A DNA stretch of 64,000 nt, from the IMG/VR virus record IMGVR_UViG_3300012948_000003, positions 40,445 through 104,444 of that record. One strand, given 5' to 3'. This DNA comes from a virus. A model generated the notes under the pieces. The model was not told the DNA's origin. It made no database searches and was given only the letters and a program-made list of their open reading frames with translations. A program made the position numbers and the translations under genes. Positions 20,331 to 28,618 of the stretch are shown piece by piece (the first letter of the stretch is position 1; every line of letters starts with the position of its first letter).

Positions 20331-21490
20331 ACTATCCTCCCCATTGCCATCTCTCCTGCTTGATCGATACTATTCAGGAAGGGCTTCCAGTAGTGATCGC
20401 GTACATACGGTTCAGAGAGTTCCGCCTTCACGCGTTCGTACGTCCTTTGTCCCTCTTGCAGGCACTTCCGGTTCAAGTACAGCTCGCGTAATGCTTCGTA
20501 GATTCCCTTGATACTCGGGATTGCTTGCCAGCAGCCAAGCAGATTCCAGAACGGTTGGCTTGAAGGAACCTTAATACCATTGAAAAGGTATTCAGGGCTC
20601 GCGCCAAAGTCGTGAACGATGATCGGTACGCCGCAAGCCTGCGCCTCCATCTGCATCAGACCAAACCCCTCAGCGAAGCTCGCACCGAGCAATACATCGG
20701 CACAGCGATACATCTGCGCCATCCGTCCATCTGAGAGTCCCATCGCGATATCGTACTCAGGAGTATTCGCTGTGCAGTCTTCTAAGCCGAGACTGAGCAC
20801 GAGATCGTTCATATCCAGCCCACCTTGCCCGGTCGTAGGTTGCAGCGCTGTATGCAAGAGAAGCTGTGAGTCAGGAAACTCTTTGTGAAATTCGGCGAAT
20901 GCTGCCATCTGTTCCGGGAATGCTTTTCTCGACGGATAGTAGTAGTTCGCCGCAGCAATGAGCACCGTGAACTTGTCCTTGACGCCCATCTCTTCTCGCG
21001 CTGCTGTTTTATCGCCGGGACAATAGATGTCCGTATTGATCGCATGAGGAATATACGTGCTTCGTATACCCGCTCTCGACATCTCGCGTTCTCCGAAACG
21101 AGACATCGCTAACACGTACCGCGCTTCGCTGAGAATCATCTGCAATCTGCGCGGTACTGGAATGGAATCGACCGGGCTATAGGTGATCCACGGAACTCCA
21201 GCAAAGCTCTGAGGAAACTCTGGAGACAATGTCCATACATCATGGAATGACAGGACCACATCGATCTTGTATGTTCGGACGTGATCTCCAACGATGTCGT
21301 GGCCCCACGGGTCTCTGAAGATCGGGAGATGTAGAATTCCGTTGATTGTTGTCGGGCCACCTTGTATTCCAAAGTGAGGCATGCATAGGACTGTGTGACC
21401 TAATTCCTGAAATGCCTTAATCAAGTATCGCGACTGACTACCGTAGCCCGTGTTGACGTGAGCACCATTGCTCGATAAAAGTATTCGCAT
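20327..21490 (-). CDS. Glycosyltransferase family 4
   Basis: TGYG N-terminus; SFAEGFGLMQMEAQACGVPII. Confidence 0.9.
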   Translation of the reverse strand: MRILLSSNGAHVNTGYGSQSRYLIKAFQELGHTVLCMPHFGIQGGPTTINGILHLPIFRDPWGHDIVGDHVRTYKIDVVLSFHDVWTLSPEFPQSFAGVPWITYSPVDSIPVPRRLQMILSEARYVLAMSRFGEREMSRAGIRSTYIPHAINTDIYCPGDKTAAREEMGVKDKFTVLIAAANYYYPSRKAFPEQMAAFAEFHKEFPDSQLLLHTALQPTTGQGGLDMNDLVLSLGLEDCTANTPEYDIAMGLSDGRMAQMYRCADVLLGASFAEGFGLMQMEAQACGVPIIVHDFGASPEYLFNGIKVPSSQPFWNLLGCWQAIPSIKGIYEALRELYLNRKCLQEGQRTYERVKAELSEPYVRDHYWKPFLNSIDQAGEMAMGRIV

Positions 21491-21503
21491 AAACCTCTAT
21501 TTA

Positions 21504-21526
21504 GGAGAGGGGCCGAAGCCCCTCCC
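21504..21526 (-). terminator. UUCG hairpin after the capsid-region genes (no U-tract; partial terminator or stabiliser)
   Basis: Minus strand GGGAGGGGC-TTCG-GCCCCTCTCC. Confidence 0.5.
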
Positions 21527-21528
21527 GG

Positions 21529-21810
21529 TTAGCTGTATCTGCTTTCCAACCTGATCTGATACGTTGTCGCAGTTGTCGTGCCGGGCAGCTTCATAATCAG
21601 CTTGCTGCCAACAACCCAACAACTCGAAGGAGGGCTCCCACCGAACGACTGCACGATAAAGTCAGTGATAGTCGTCAAGTGTCGTGCTTGAATCGTACCA
21701 GTGCCTATATCAGCAGCGAGAGCGGTGGCAGTCCAACGTTCGATTTTCCGCGAGCCTGCATAATCCGGCTGAAGCGCAGAGTCAGGAGAAATCGAAGAAG
21801 CAAAAGCCAT
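21529..21810 (-). CDS. Putative capsid decoration protein
   Basis: 93 aa, beta-rich, directly after the MCP; RBS GGAGG. Confidence 0.5.
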   Translation of the reverse strand: MAFASSISPDSALQPDYAGSRKIERWTATALAADIGTGTIQARHLTTITDFIVQSFGGSPPSSCWVVGSKLIMKLPGTTTATTYQIRLESRYS

Positions 21811-21845
21811 AATGTTTTCCTCCAGCCCAAAGGGCAGTTGACTCC

Positions 21846-21871
21846 TTGAGGCTGGCCGAAGCCAGCCTCAA
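21846..21871 (-). terminator. UUCG hairpin after the MCP stop
   Basis: TTGAGGCTGGC-TTCG-GCCAGCCTCAA. Confidence 0.55.
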
Positions 21872-21879
21872 TTACCGAA

Positions 21880-23139
21880 CTACGCAAACGCGATTGCCGG
21901 GCTCGGAAGATTGGTGATGTCAGTGTTGGTAATAACCCAGTGACATCCGAATCTCGTTGCCCCGAGGTCGTACTTACAGCCAATGAACCCGGTCCATTGA
22001 TCGTAGTACGTGCCGCCAGAGGTATACATTCTGGTCGTCAAACCGTCCTCAGCGTATGCGCCGAATTTCTTCAGCTCATACACATTGATTTCGGCTGGAT
22101 TGATCCCGTAGGTTCGATCCGGATCGATTGAAACGTAATCCTCCCATGCGAGGTCGCCAAACTGAACGTCCTTGAAATCCATGCGAAGGACCCCGCCTCC
22201 GCCTTCGTAACGAAGCAGGTTGTAGCCATTGCTCATGAAGCCTGCCTTGTTGGTCGGCGAAGAAAGGATCGTTGTGTTGCCTGCCTGCTCGGTCCTGTAA
22301 CGGAGCGAGTAGTGAATCTCAACGAGCAGCGCAACCTGAAGACGCTGAGTTGTGGCGTTCAGCACGACAGCTTTGAGATAAGGTCTGTTCGAACGAAGCT
22401 GACCCTGAATCTCGCCGCTATCATTGTTTACGATATCAGTCAACCCGTGCGGAGCTTTTAGTGCGGAGTTCTCGTAAACGATGTAATCACCGCTCTGCCA
22501 CGCGGCGTTCACTGTATCGCAAGTTACAACATTGGTGGAGCGGTTGTTGCCGCCCGGATCGGCGACTACCGAAGTACCCGCTCGGGCAACGCCAGTGGTC
22601 GGGTTAACCGCATTCAGACGAGCACCTTCTTTGATCTTGAAAGACCCAAAGGTTGATCCGCCTGTTACGGTTGTGGAGCACGTGAAGTTGCCGTTGGAGC
22701 CCGAGGTCGGCGCTCCAGAGATGTACGCAATCGCACCAGTGCGCGTACCCGCGATCTGGAAATCGAGCGTCTTCTTCGCAGCTTCGGTCTGAAGCAAGAA
22801 GAGATCGCTGATTTTGTCGATCAACGCATCACCGCTGATATTATTGAATACATCACCGCTGATTAAGAAGGATGTCGCATACCGAGCTGGGAACACCCGC
22901 ATGTCGTTGAACTGTGGATTGTCCGCAGTTGGGAATGCGCCACCTTCACCCATGTATCCGTCTGACGCCGGGGGACGGTCGTAGAACGGGATACGGTAAC
23001 CCCGTTGATTCACTTCTATTGGTTTGCCCTTATAGAAGCGATTGTACAGTGTGTGAGCCTGCTCGAACTGTTGCTCGATCTCAGGATTCACTGCTGTACG
23101 GACAACGGCTTCAAACTGACTGAATACCATTTCGGCCAT
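21880..23139 (-). CDS. Major capsid protein
   Basis: About 419 aa from MAEMVF with RBS AAGGAG; follows the scaffold gene and is followed by a hairpin; HK97-type pattern (GLTDIVNND...G..R). Confidence 0.8.
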   Translation of the reverse strand: MAEMVFSQFEAVVRTAVNPEIEQQFEQAHTLYNRFYKGKPIEVNQRGYRIPFYDRPPASDGYMGEGGAFPTADNPQFNDMRVFPARYATSFLISGDVFNNISGDALIDKISDLFLLQTEAAKKTLDFQIAGTRTGAIAYISGAPTSGSNGNFTCSTTVTGGSTFGSFKIKEGARLNAVNPTTGVARAGTSVVADPGGNNRSTNVVTCDTVNAAWQSGDYIVYENSALKAPHGLTDIVNNDSGEIQGQLRSNRPYLKAVVLNATTQRLQVALLVEIHYSLRYRTEQAGNTTILSSPTNKAGFMSNGYNLLRYEGGGGVLRMDFKDVQFGDLAWEDYVSIDPDRTYGINPAEINVYELKKFGAYAEDGLTTRMYTSGGTYYDQWTGFIGCKYDLGATRFGCHWVITNTDITNLPSPAIAFA

Positions 23140-23158
23140 GATCCGTATCTCCTTATAC

Positions 23159-24688
23159 CTAGAAACGGGGCAGACCCGGCATACCGCGATTCTGCGCTTC
23201 ACGTAGTCGCGCTCGGACCGCATCGCGGGTCGCCTGAATATCTCCCGATGGAGCCGGAGGACGGTTCGTAACCGGAGGTATTGCCGTACCACCTGTTATC
23301 TCGCGCCTGCCGTGTTGTAAGTCCTTTGTCTTCTGGTCCTGCCTTTGCGTTGTCCTTCGAATCGGACCGAGTAATCGATCAGCTGCTTGCGATATCGCTT
23401 GAGCGCGATAGTTGGTGACCACCGTGAGCGCATCGAGACCCGACTTGTCCCAGCGATCTCGATCTCTCGGGTCCTTCGCAGCTGCCGCTTGCTTGAACCA
23501 CTTTTCAGCTCTCGCTGTAGCGTTTTTGTAATCCGGGTTAGCTTCCAAAGCAGCCTTAGCGATAGTCTTTATGTCGCCCAGCAATCCCGGTCGGTCCTTC
23601 GGAATGGCATTTCCATAGCGAGTTTGGATATCGGAATCCAGCGAAGACTCTAGTTGCTCATTGAGGCGAGTTGCAGCTCGACGTTGAGCATCTTCGGACG
23701 ACTGATCCCGTAATCCTTCCTGATCTTGATTGATTCGACTAACTTCGTTTTGCAAGCGCTGAATCTGCATGTCACGCTGCGCTAGTTCGCGCTGCCGCTG
23801 CGTCTGTTCAGCCTGTCGTTGCTGCTGAGCCATCTGCGTCTGATAGATTATTTGCTGATGACCAGCGTCAGTTAGATCGAGTCCATACTGATCCGCTATT
23901 GCTTCAGCGGTCTGGACACCTTGCGGCTGTCCGTAGCCGGGCTGCTGATAGCCCTGCTGAAAACCCGGCTGCTGCTGCCCTTGCGGTGGCATTGGTCCTT
24001 GCGCACCGCTCAAGCGAGCAATGATGACCGACTGAAGGTCTGGAGAGTTCTCCAGAATGGTTAGCACATCGTAGAGGGAATCGCCGTCGAGCTGACCTCT
24101 GGTCATTCGACGCGCCAATGAATCCCACACGACGCCTAAGCTCTCCAGCTTTTCATTATCAGCTGGAAGATTCGGATCAAGCGGAACACCTTCGAGAGAA
24201 CGAACCTGATCGCCGATATCAGACCAGAAGTGAGTATCCATTACGTCAGCGGCAACTGACTCATAGTACTCAGGCTCCTCTTCGGCCATCTTGATGAAGC
24301 TCTCTCGCGGATTGAAATCATCCAACGGGATATCAGTCGTGATGTAAACGCCCCTGTCCTGTGCTGCACGAAACGTTTGCATCTCTTGCTGGATCGCGTC
24401 TCGTGCTCGCACTGCCTCATCCCGTTCGAACTTGACCTTGTCGTACGAACTACGAAACTGTCGAAGGTTCTCGGGTTGAGTTAGGTCTAGCTGTGTTACG
24501 TCCGTTTCCGGAGCTGGCGCTTGCGCGGTTTCTTGTGTTTGGGGTTGCTGCCCCGCTTCCCCAGCGCCTTCCGCTGGTGACTGCTCTGGTTCGACCGATG
24601 AATCAGGTTGAGCGACTTCCCCGCTGCTCGCGGCAGCTACATCTTCAACACCAGTTGATGTTCCGGTGTCACCTAGCATAGAACTCAT
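23159..24688 (-). CDS. Scaffolding protein
   Basis: Acidic disordered N-terminus, Gln-rich coiled coil, basic C-terminal helix; directly upstream of the MCP. Confidence 0.7.
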   Translation of the reverse strand: MSSMLGDTGTSTGVEDVAAASSGEVAQPDSSVEPEQSPAEGAGEAGQQPQTQETAQAPAPETDVTQLDLTQPENLRQFRSSYDKVKFERDEAVRARDAIQQEMQTFRAAQDRGVYITTDIPLDDFNPRESFIKMAEEEPEYYESVAADVMDTHFWSDIGDQVRSLEGVPLDPNLPADNEKLESLGVVWDSLARRMTRGQLDGDSLYDVLTILENSPDLQSVIIARLSGAQGPMPPQGQQQPGFQQGYQQPGYGQPQGVQTAEAIADQYGLDLTDAGHQQIIYQTQMAQQQRQAEQTQRQRELAQRDMQIQRLQNEVSRINQDQEGLRDQSSEDAQRRAATRLNEQLESSLDSDIQTRYGNAIPKDRPGLLGDIKTIAKAALEANPDYKNATARAEKWFKQAAAAKDPRDRDRWDKSGLDALTVVTNYRAQAISQAADRLLGPIRRTTQRQDQKTKDLQHGRREITGGTAIPPVTNRPPAPSGDIQATRDAVRARLREAQNRGMPGLPRF

Positions 24689-24795
24689 ACGTCACCTCTT
24701 CTCCGGTGAGCGAAGCCGGATATGCGCTCAAGTATAGGAGATACGGTCCACGAGCCGTGTATACGTGGATGAAATAGATTTTCTTTTAAAAGAAT

Positions 24796-25113
24796 TTACT
24801 TCAGTGCGATCTGAATAGTTCGTGCTGCTGCTTGCAACGAACTCAGGACGAATCTGAAATGAGTAAATGGCTGCAACTCTGGCGGGAGAAGATATGCTCG
24901 TCCCGGCGATACCGACTGTCCTACTGGACCCGATGCATTAAAAAGCGTTCCATATGTTTGACCGCCATCGGCGCTAACGGAATAAGATACTGAACTGACT
25001 GTTACATTAAAGGGGACAAAGAACCCACCTGTCAGATGACCGCCATAAGGAACACCATCAGAGATTGCGCTATTTATCGGTACTGTACATGGTCTCCAGT
25101 TTTCGAATGCCAT
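24796..25113 (-). CDS. Small beta-rich virion protein
   Basis: 105 aa; RBS AAGGAG. Confidence 0.55.
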   Translation of the reverse strand: MAFENWRPCTVPINSAISDGVPYGGHLTGGFFVPFNVTVSSVSYSVSADGGQTYGTLFNASGPVGQSVSPGRAYLLPPELQPFTHFRFVLSSLQAAARTIQIALK

Positions 25114-25123
25114 CTTTGTCTCC

Positions 25124-25531
25124 TTATGCAGAGGTCGCTTCCGCTTCCTCTTCGCGAATGACGAATCCGCTAAATGCCTCGGCTTCGATAGGTGTTAGAT
25201 CACTCGGAAGTTCCGTAGCATAGTAAGGCTCGATTTCTACTTCGCTCCGGAACAGTTTTCGTCGTGCTTGATCACGTGCTTTCAGGTCTTCTTTTGTATA
25301 TTCAAGCTCACCTTGTGCGTTACGCCGTACAATCCCGTTGTCGTCAGTAGCGCAGAAGTCAATGTCAAGATCGTCACGCTTCTCGCGGAAGCGGTCCATC
25401 AGTTTGTTAGCCCGGATACTGATTCGCATAATCGCGTAGCCCATCTTCGTATTGCGGTGCTCGCGATCTCTGCTGAGCCAGCTCTGTGCTACATTTAAAA
25501 AGAGTGATACATTCTCGTATGTGGTTTTCAT
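25124..25531 (-). CDS. Putative fibre-associated chaperone
   Basis: Helical protein directly after the Gly-rich fibre; likely start MKTTYE. Confidence 0.45.
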   Translation of the reverse strand: MKTTYENVSLFLNVAQSWLSRDREHRNTKMGYAIMRISIRANKLMDRFREKRDDLDIDFCATDDNGIVRRNAQGELEYTKEDLKARDQARRKLFRSEVEIEPYYATELPSDLTPIEAEAFSGFVIREEEAEATSA

Positions 25532-25533
25532 AA

Positions 25534-28500
25534 CTATGGTGCTGTAGTTGACCAGCTCCACGCTGTTGTTGCGCCGTCCAGCGGAATAGTAAGATAATTG
25601 ACAGTGCCGCTCCTGTTCACTGCGAATACCAGCTTGTCGTTCTTCATATAGAAGCCGAGTCTGTCTTCGACGTTGGAACCGGAAGTCAAGTTTGCCGCTG
25701 TTGGGTCCGTTGAAGTCTCAGTGAGAATCTGATGAGCCCCTCTGTCTATTACAAGCGCAAGAGCCGCACTGCCAGTGTAAAACAGGATGTCCCTTGTCGC
25801 GCCCGAGGGTCGGCTTTGAATAATTAAATTACCTGCTTCGAGAAAAGGATAAGCTGCGCCACCTGAGCTAGTACCGTATATCGTCGGTGCAGTATTAGTC
25901 GCATCTACAGCAGTAGCGTTATTGTTCAGCTTTAGCTTATTGATTATATCTACAGTCCCCGCTGTAGCAGGAATCTGAAGCTGCGTTGCGGCGTCCGAAG
26001 ATCGCAAATCAACAATACCGTTTGTTCCACCAGCACCTGCTACGCCTCCTCTGATAATAACGTTGCCGCCATTGCCACCAGCATTCACACCTCCGCTCGT
26101 TCCTACGGCTCCAGCGCCCCCGGTAATATTGATCGCTCCGCCTGCGCCACCTGTATTTGTTCCGCTAGTAGATGTCGAAGGAGCGCCGCCTGTACCTCCT
26201 GTAAAACTAAGAGCACCGCCTGCGCCTCCCGTGTTATTAACCGATCCACCTAGAGCAGGGACGCCACCTGTCCCTGCCGTCATGGAAGTCGTCCCGCCAA
26301 CGCCTCCTATTCCGGTTGCGGTCGCCGCTGTCGGTATACCTCCAGCACCAAACGTCCAGCTTATTCCGCCTCCATTCGGACCAGTAACGGAACCCGAAGA
26401 AGTAGGATTTTGACCACCTGCACCTGTTATAAAACTTATAGTCCCGCCGCTCTGATTACCAAAAGATGGCCGCGCAGTCAGGGTAATGGAACCTCCTATT
26501 TGCGCGGCAGTATGATTCCCCGATGAGGTTCCACCATTGATCGAGATATTTCCGCCTGTGCCTCCCGCGCCAGTACAACCACTGTTGCCGCCTTGCACCG
26601 TTGCGTTACCACCAGCGCGTACCACGGTACCGTCACCGTTACTAGCGCCTCCTGTTAGAGCAACCGCGCCTCCCGCGCCTCCGCTACCAGTGCTAGACCC
26701 AGCACCTCCGGTAACATTACTTTGCCCTCCAGCGCTAGTAGCCACTGCCGCACCTACGCCGCCTCTTAACAAGGCTGCTCCACCAGTTCCCGGAGCAGTA
26801 CCTGCGCCTGCCGTACCTGCAATAAAGTTAAGTGCACCTCCGTTGCCTGACACACTAGAGCCGCCACCATTCGACGCAACGCCTCCGGGACCAGCAGTAA
26901 GATTTATCGCGCCTCCGTTGCCGCCAGTGTTTGTATTTGAGGTCGCTCCGCTTGCTGCTCCGCCTGTCCCGCCAGTAATATTGCAAGCTCCCCCTGCACC
27001 ACCAGTATTAGTACCAGACCCCGCGACCGCGCCTGCGCCACCTGTCCCCATTTGGACGGTGAAGCCTCCGCCTATGCCTCCAGTTGATGAAGTAGCCGCC
27101 GCTGTTGCTTGTCCACCATCCGCAGTATTAAGTGAAATGCCTCCACCATTGCCACCTGTCCCGGTAGTAGCTATTGTCGTATTGCCGCCAGTCAATCCAG
27201 CAGTGCCAGAACGGAGATAGTTTGCTGCATTTGTTCCGGTAGCAGTTCCGACAGATGCGGTGGATTGACCTTCACCGTCAAGATGTAACATTGAGGTGGG
27301 CGTTGCTCGACCAATCCCTACAAACCCCGAAGGAAGTACAGTGAATCGCAGGGTAAAGCTCGCAGTATTTGAAATATTGAAACTACCCGTAGCATTCGGG
27401 ATAACAATATTAATATTTCCGCTGGCAGCAGGTGCTGCGACTTGCAGGTTATTCGAAGTTGTAATTGACAGGATACTCGTTGCGTTGCCAGCATTATCGT
27501 ACTGACGGTAAGACGCGTTACAGGGAATAAGAATTGATCCGCTCTGCATTTCATAACCGAGCATTCGGCCAGTATTCGTCGTTGGGATGCCAGCGCCGAG
27601 ACCAGAGTCAGCTACGTTGTCCGTAAAGGATGCAGTAGCAAATCCTGATGAGCTTCCGACGAGTTTATAATTTCCGGTATCACCCGCAACGGTTCGATAG
27701 ACCTTACGCGTCGTTACCGTACTCGGACCAGAGGGTATTGTAACTGTTACTTGTCCGTTTACTGTTTTATCGGTAACGTTGATCTGTGACGAAGTAGTTC
27801 CACCGTCTGTCTCGCCGCTCGCGGTAACATAGGTGACTTTCCACGAATGCAGGCCATTATCTATGTTTCCCGCGCCAGCACCAGCTAAAGCCACAGTCGG
27901 CGCATTAATAGGAGCAATCTGCTGATAGATATTCAGTGTCGAGCCTGAGCCGTTTAAAGCAACAGAATTTGGACCCGTCTCGAAATCGATATAACGAGTC
28001 GCACCTGAATCGTAGTGCCTCAAATACGATCCGTTATCAACCAGAGATGATTCAGTTATACTCGGGTCCGTTCCAAACTTCGTAATATAGTTTAGCGTCC
28101 CGCTTGTATCGACAGCGGCGATCTTATTGTCAATTTGTTCCTTTGTGTATGTACTTAGATCGATATTCGGAATGAGAACCATTGAATAGTTCTCTAGATC
28201 AGCCCACGTAGCACATGTTCCTATCGGAGTACACGCGCTCGCAGATGCAATCTCAGGCGGAACGAGAATCCGCTCCATTCCGTCCACTGGCCCAATGTAT
28301 TGTCCATTACTCCGATACCAGTAAAAAGTGTAATAAGAGGTCACCGTGAGAGCGACAGCGTCTGTCGTTGATTTCACTGTGAATGTCGGCACAGTTACTA
28401 CGCTGACACCATCGTATGTGCAGGCGATATCGAGATAATACTGTCCACCATTCGGTCCGCCTTCGGGAACATAGATTGGATTCGTATCATTCGAGAAGAA

Positions 28501-28602
28501 AGCATTCGAGCAAAAGATACGGAGACGCGGCGGCGATCCTGCCGTCACTCCGTGGACGTGGAAATCTTGAACCGTTTGTGGCTGAACGACGATATCTGCC
28601 AT
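25534..28602 (-). CDS. Gly-rich fibre/spike protein
   Basis: 1022 aa; ~450 aa of GG.GG repeats; N-terminal domain shared with 4851..6788; GFVGIGRATPTSMLH fibre motif. Confidence 0.75.
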   Translation of the reverse strand: MADIVVQPQTVQDFHVHGVTAGSPPRLRIFCSNAFFSNDTNPIYVPEGGPNGGQYYLDIACTYDGVSVVTVPTFTVKSTTDAVALTVTSYYTFYWYRSNGQYIGPVDGMERILVPPEIASASACTPIGTCATWADLENYSMVLIPNIDLSTYTKEQIDNKIAAVDTSGTLNYITKFGTDPSITESSLVDNGSYLRHYDSGATRYIDFETGPNSVALNGSGSTLNIYQQIAPINAPTVALAGAGAGNIDNGLHSWKVTYVTASGETDGGTTSSQINVTDKTVNGQVTVTIPSGPSTVTTRKVYRTVAGDTGNYKLVGSSSGFATASFTDNVADSGLGAGIPTTNTGRMLGYEMQSGSILIPCNASYRQYDNAGNATSILSITTSNNLQVAAPAASGNINIVIPNATGSFNISNTASFTLRFTVLPSGFVGIGRATPTSMLHLDGEGQSTASVGTATGTNAANYLRSGTAGLTGGNTTIATTGTGGNGGGISLNTADGGQATAAATSSTGGIGGGFTVQMGTGGAGAVAGSGTNTGGAGGACNITGGTGGAASGATSNTNTGGNGGAINLTAGPGGVASNGGGSSVSGNGGALNFIAGTAGAGTAPGTGGAALLRGGVGAAVATSAGGQSNVTGGAGSSTGSGGAGGAVALTGGASNGDGTVVRAGGNATVQGGNSGCTGAGGTGGNISINGGTSSGNHTAAQIGGSITLTARPSFGNQSGGTISFITGAGGQNPTSSGSVTGPNGGGISWTFGAGGIPTAATATGIGGVGGTTSMTAGTGGVPALGGSVNNTGGAGGALSFTGGTGGAPSTSTSGTNTGGAGGAINITGGAGAVGTSGGVNAGGNGGNVIIRGGVAGAGGTNGIVDLRSSDAATQLQIPATAGTVDIINKLKLNNNATAVDATNTAPTIYGTSSGGAAYPFLEAGNLIIQSRPSGATRDILFYTGSAALALVIDRGAHQILTETSTDPTAANLTSGSNVEDRLGFYMKNDKLVFAVNRSGTVNYLTIPLDGATTAWSWSTTAP

Positions 28603-28618
28603 TTTCTTTTAAAAGAAA

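Noticed and set aside
23140-23292. N-terminal extension of the MCP in the ORF track
   Set aside because: Overlaps the scaffold gene; the strong RBS precedes ATG 23139.
4851-28602. Diversity-generating retroelement or invertible fibre switch
   Set aside because: No reverse transcriptase or invertase is present; the shared fibre N-termini are diverged paralogues, not adenine-specific TR/VR pairs.
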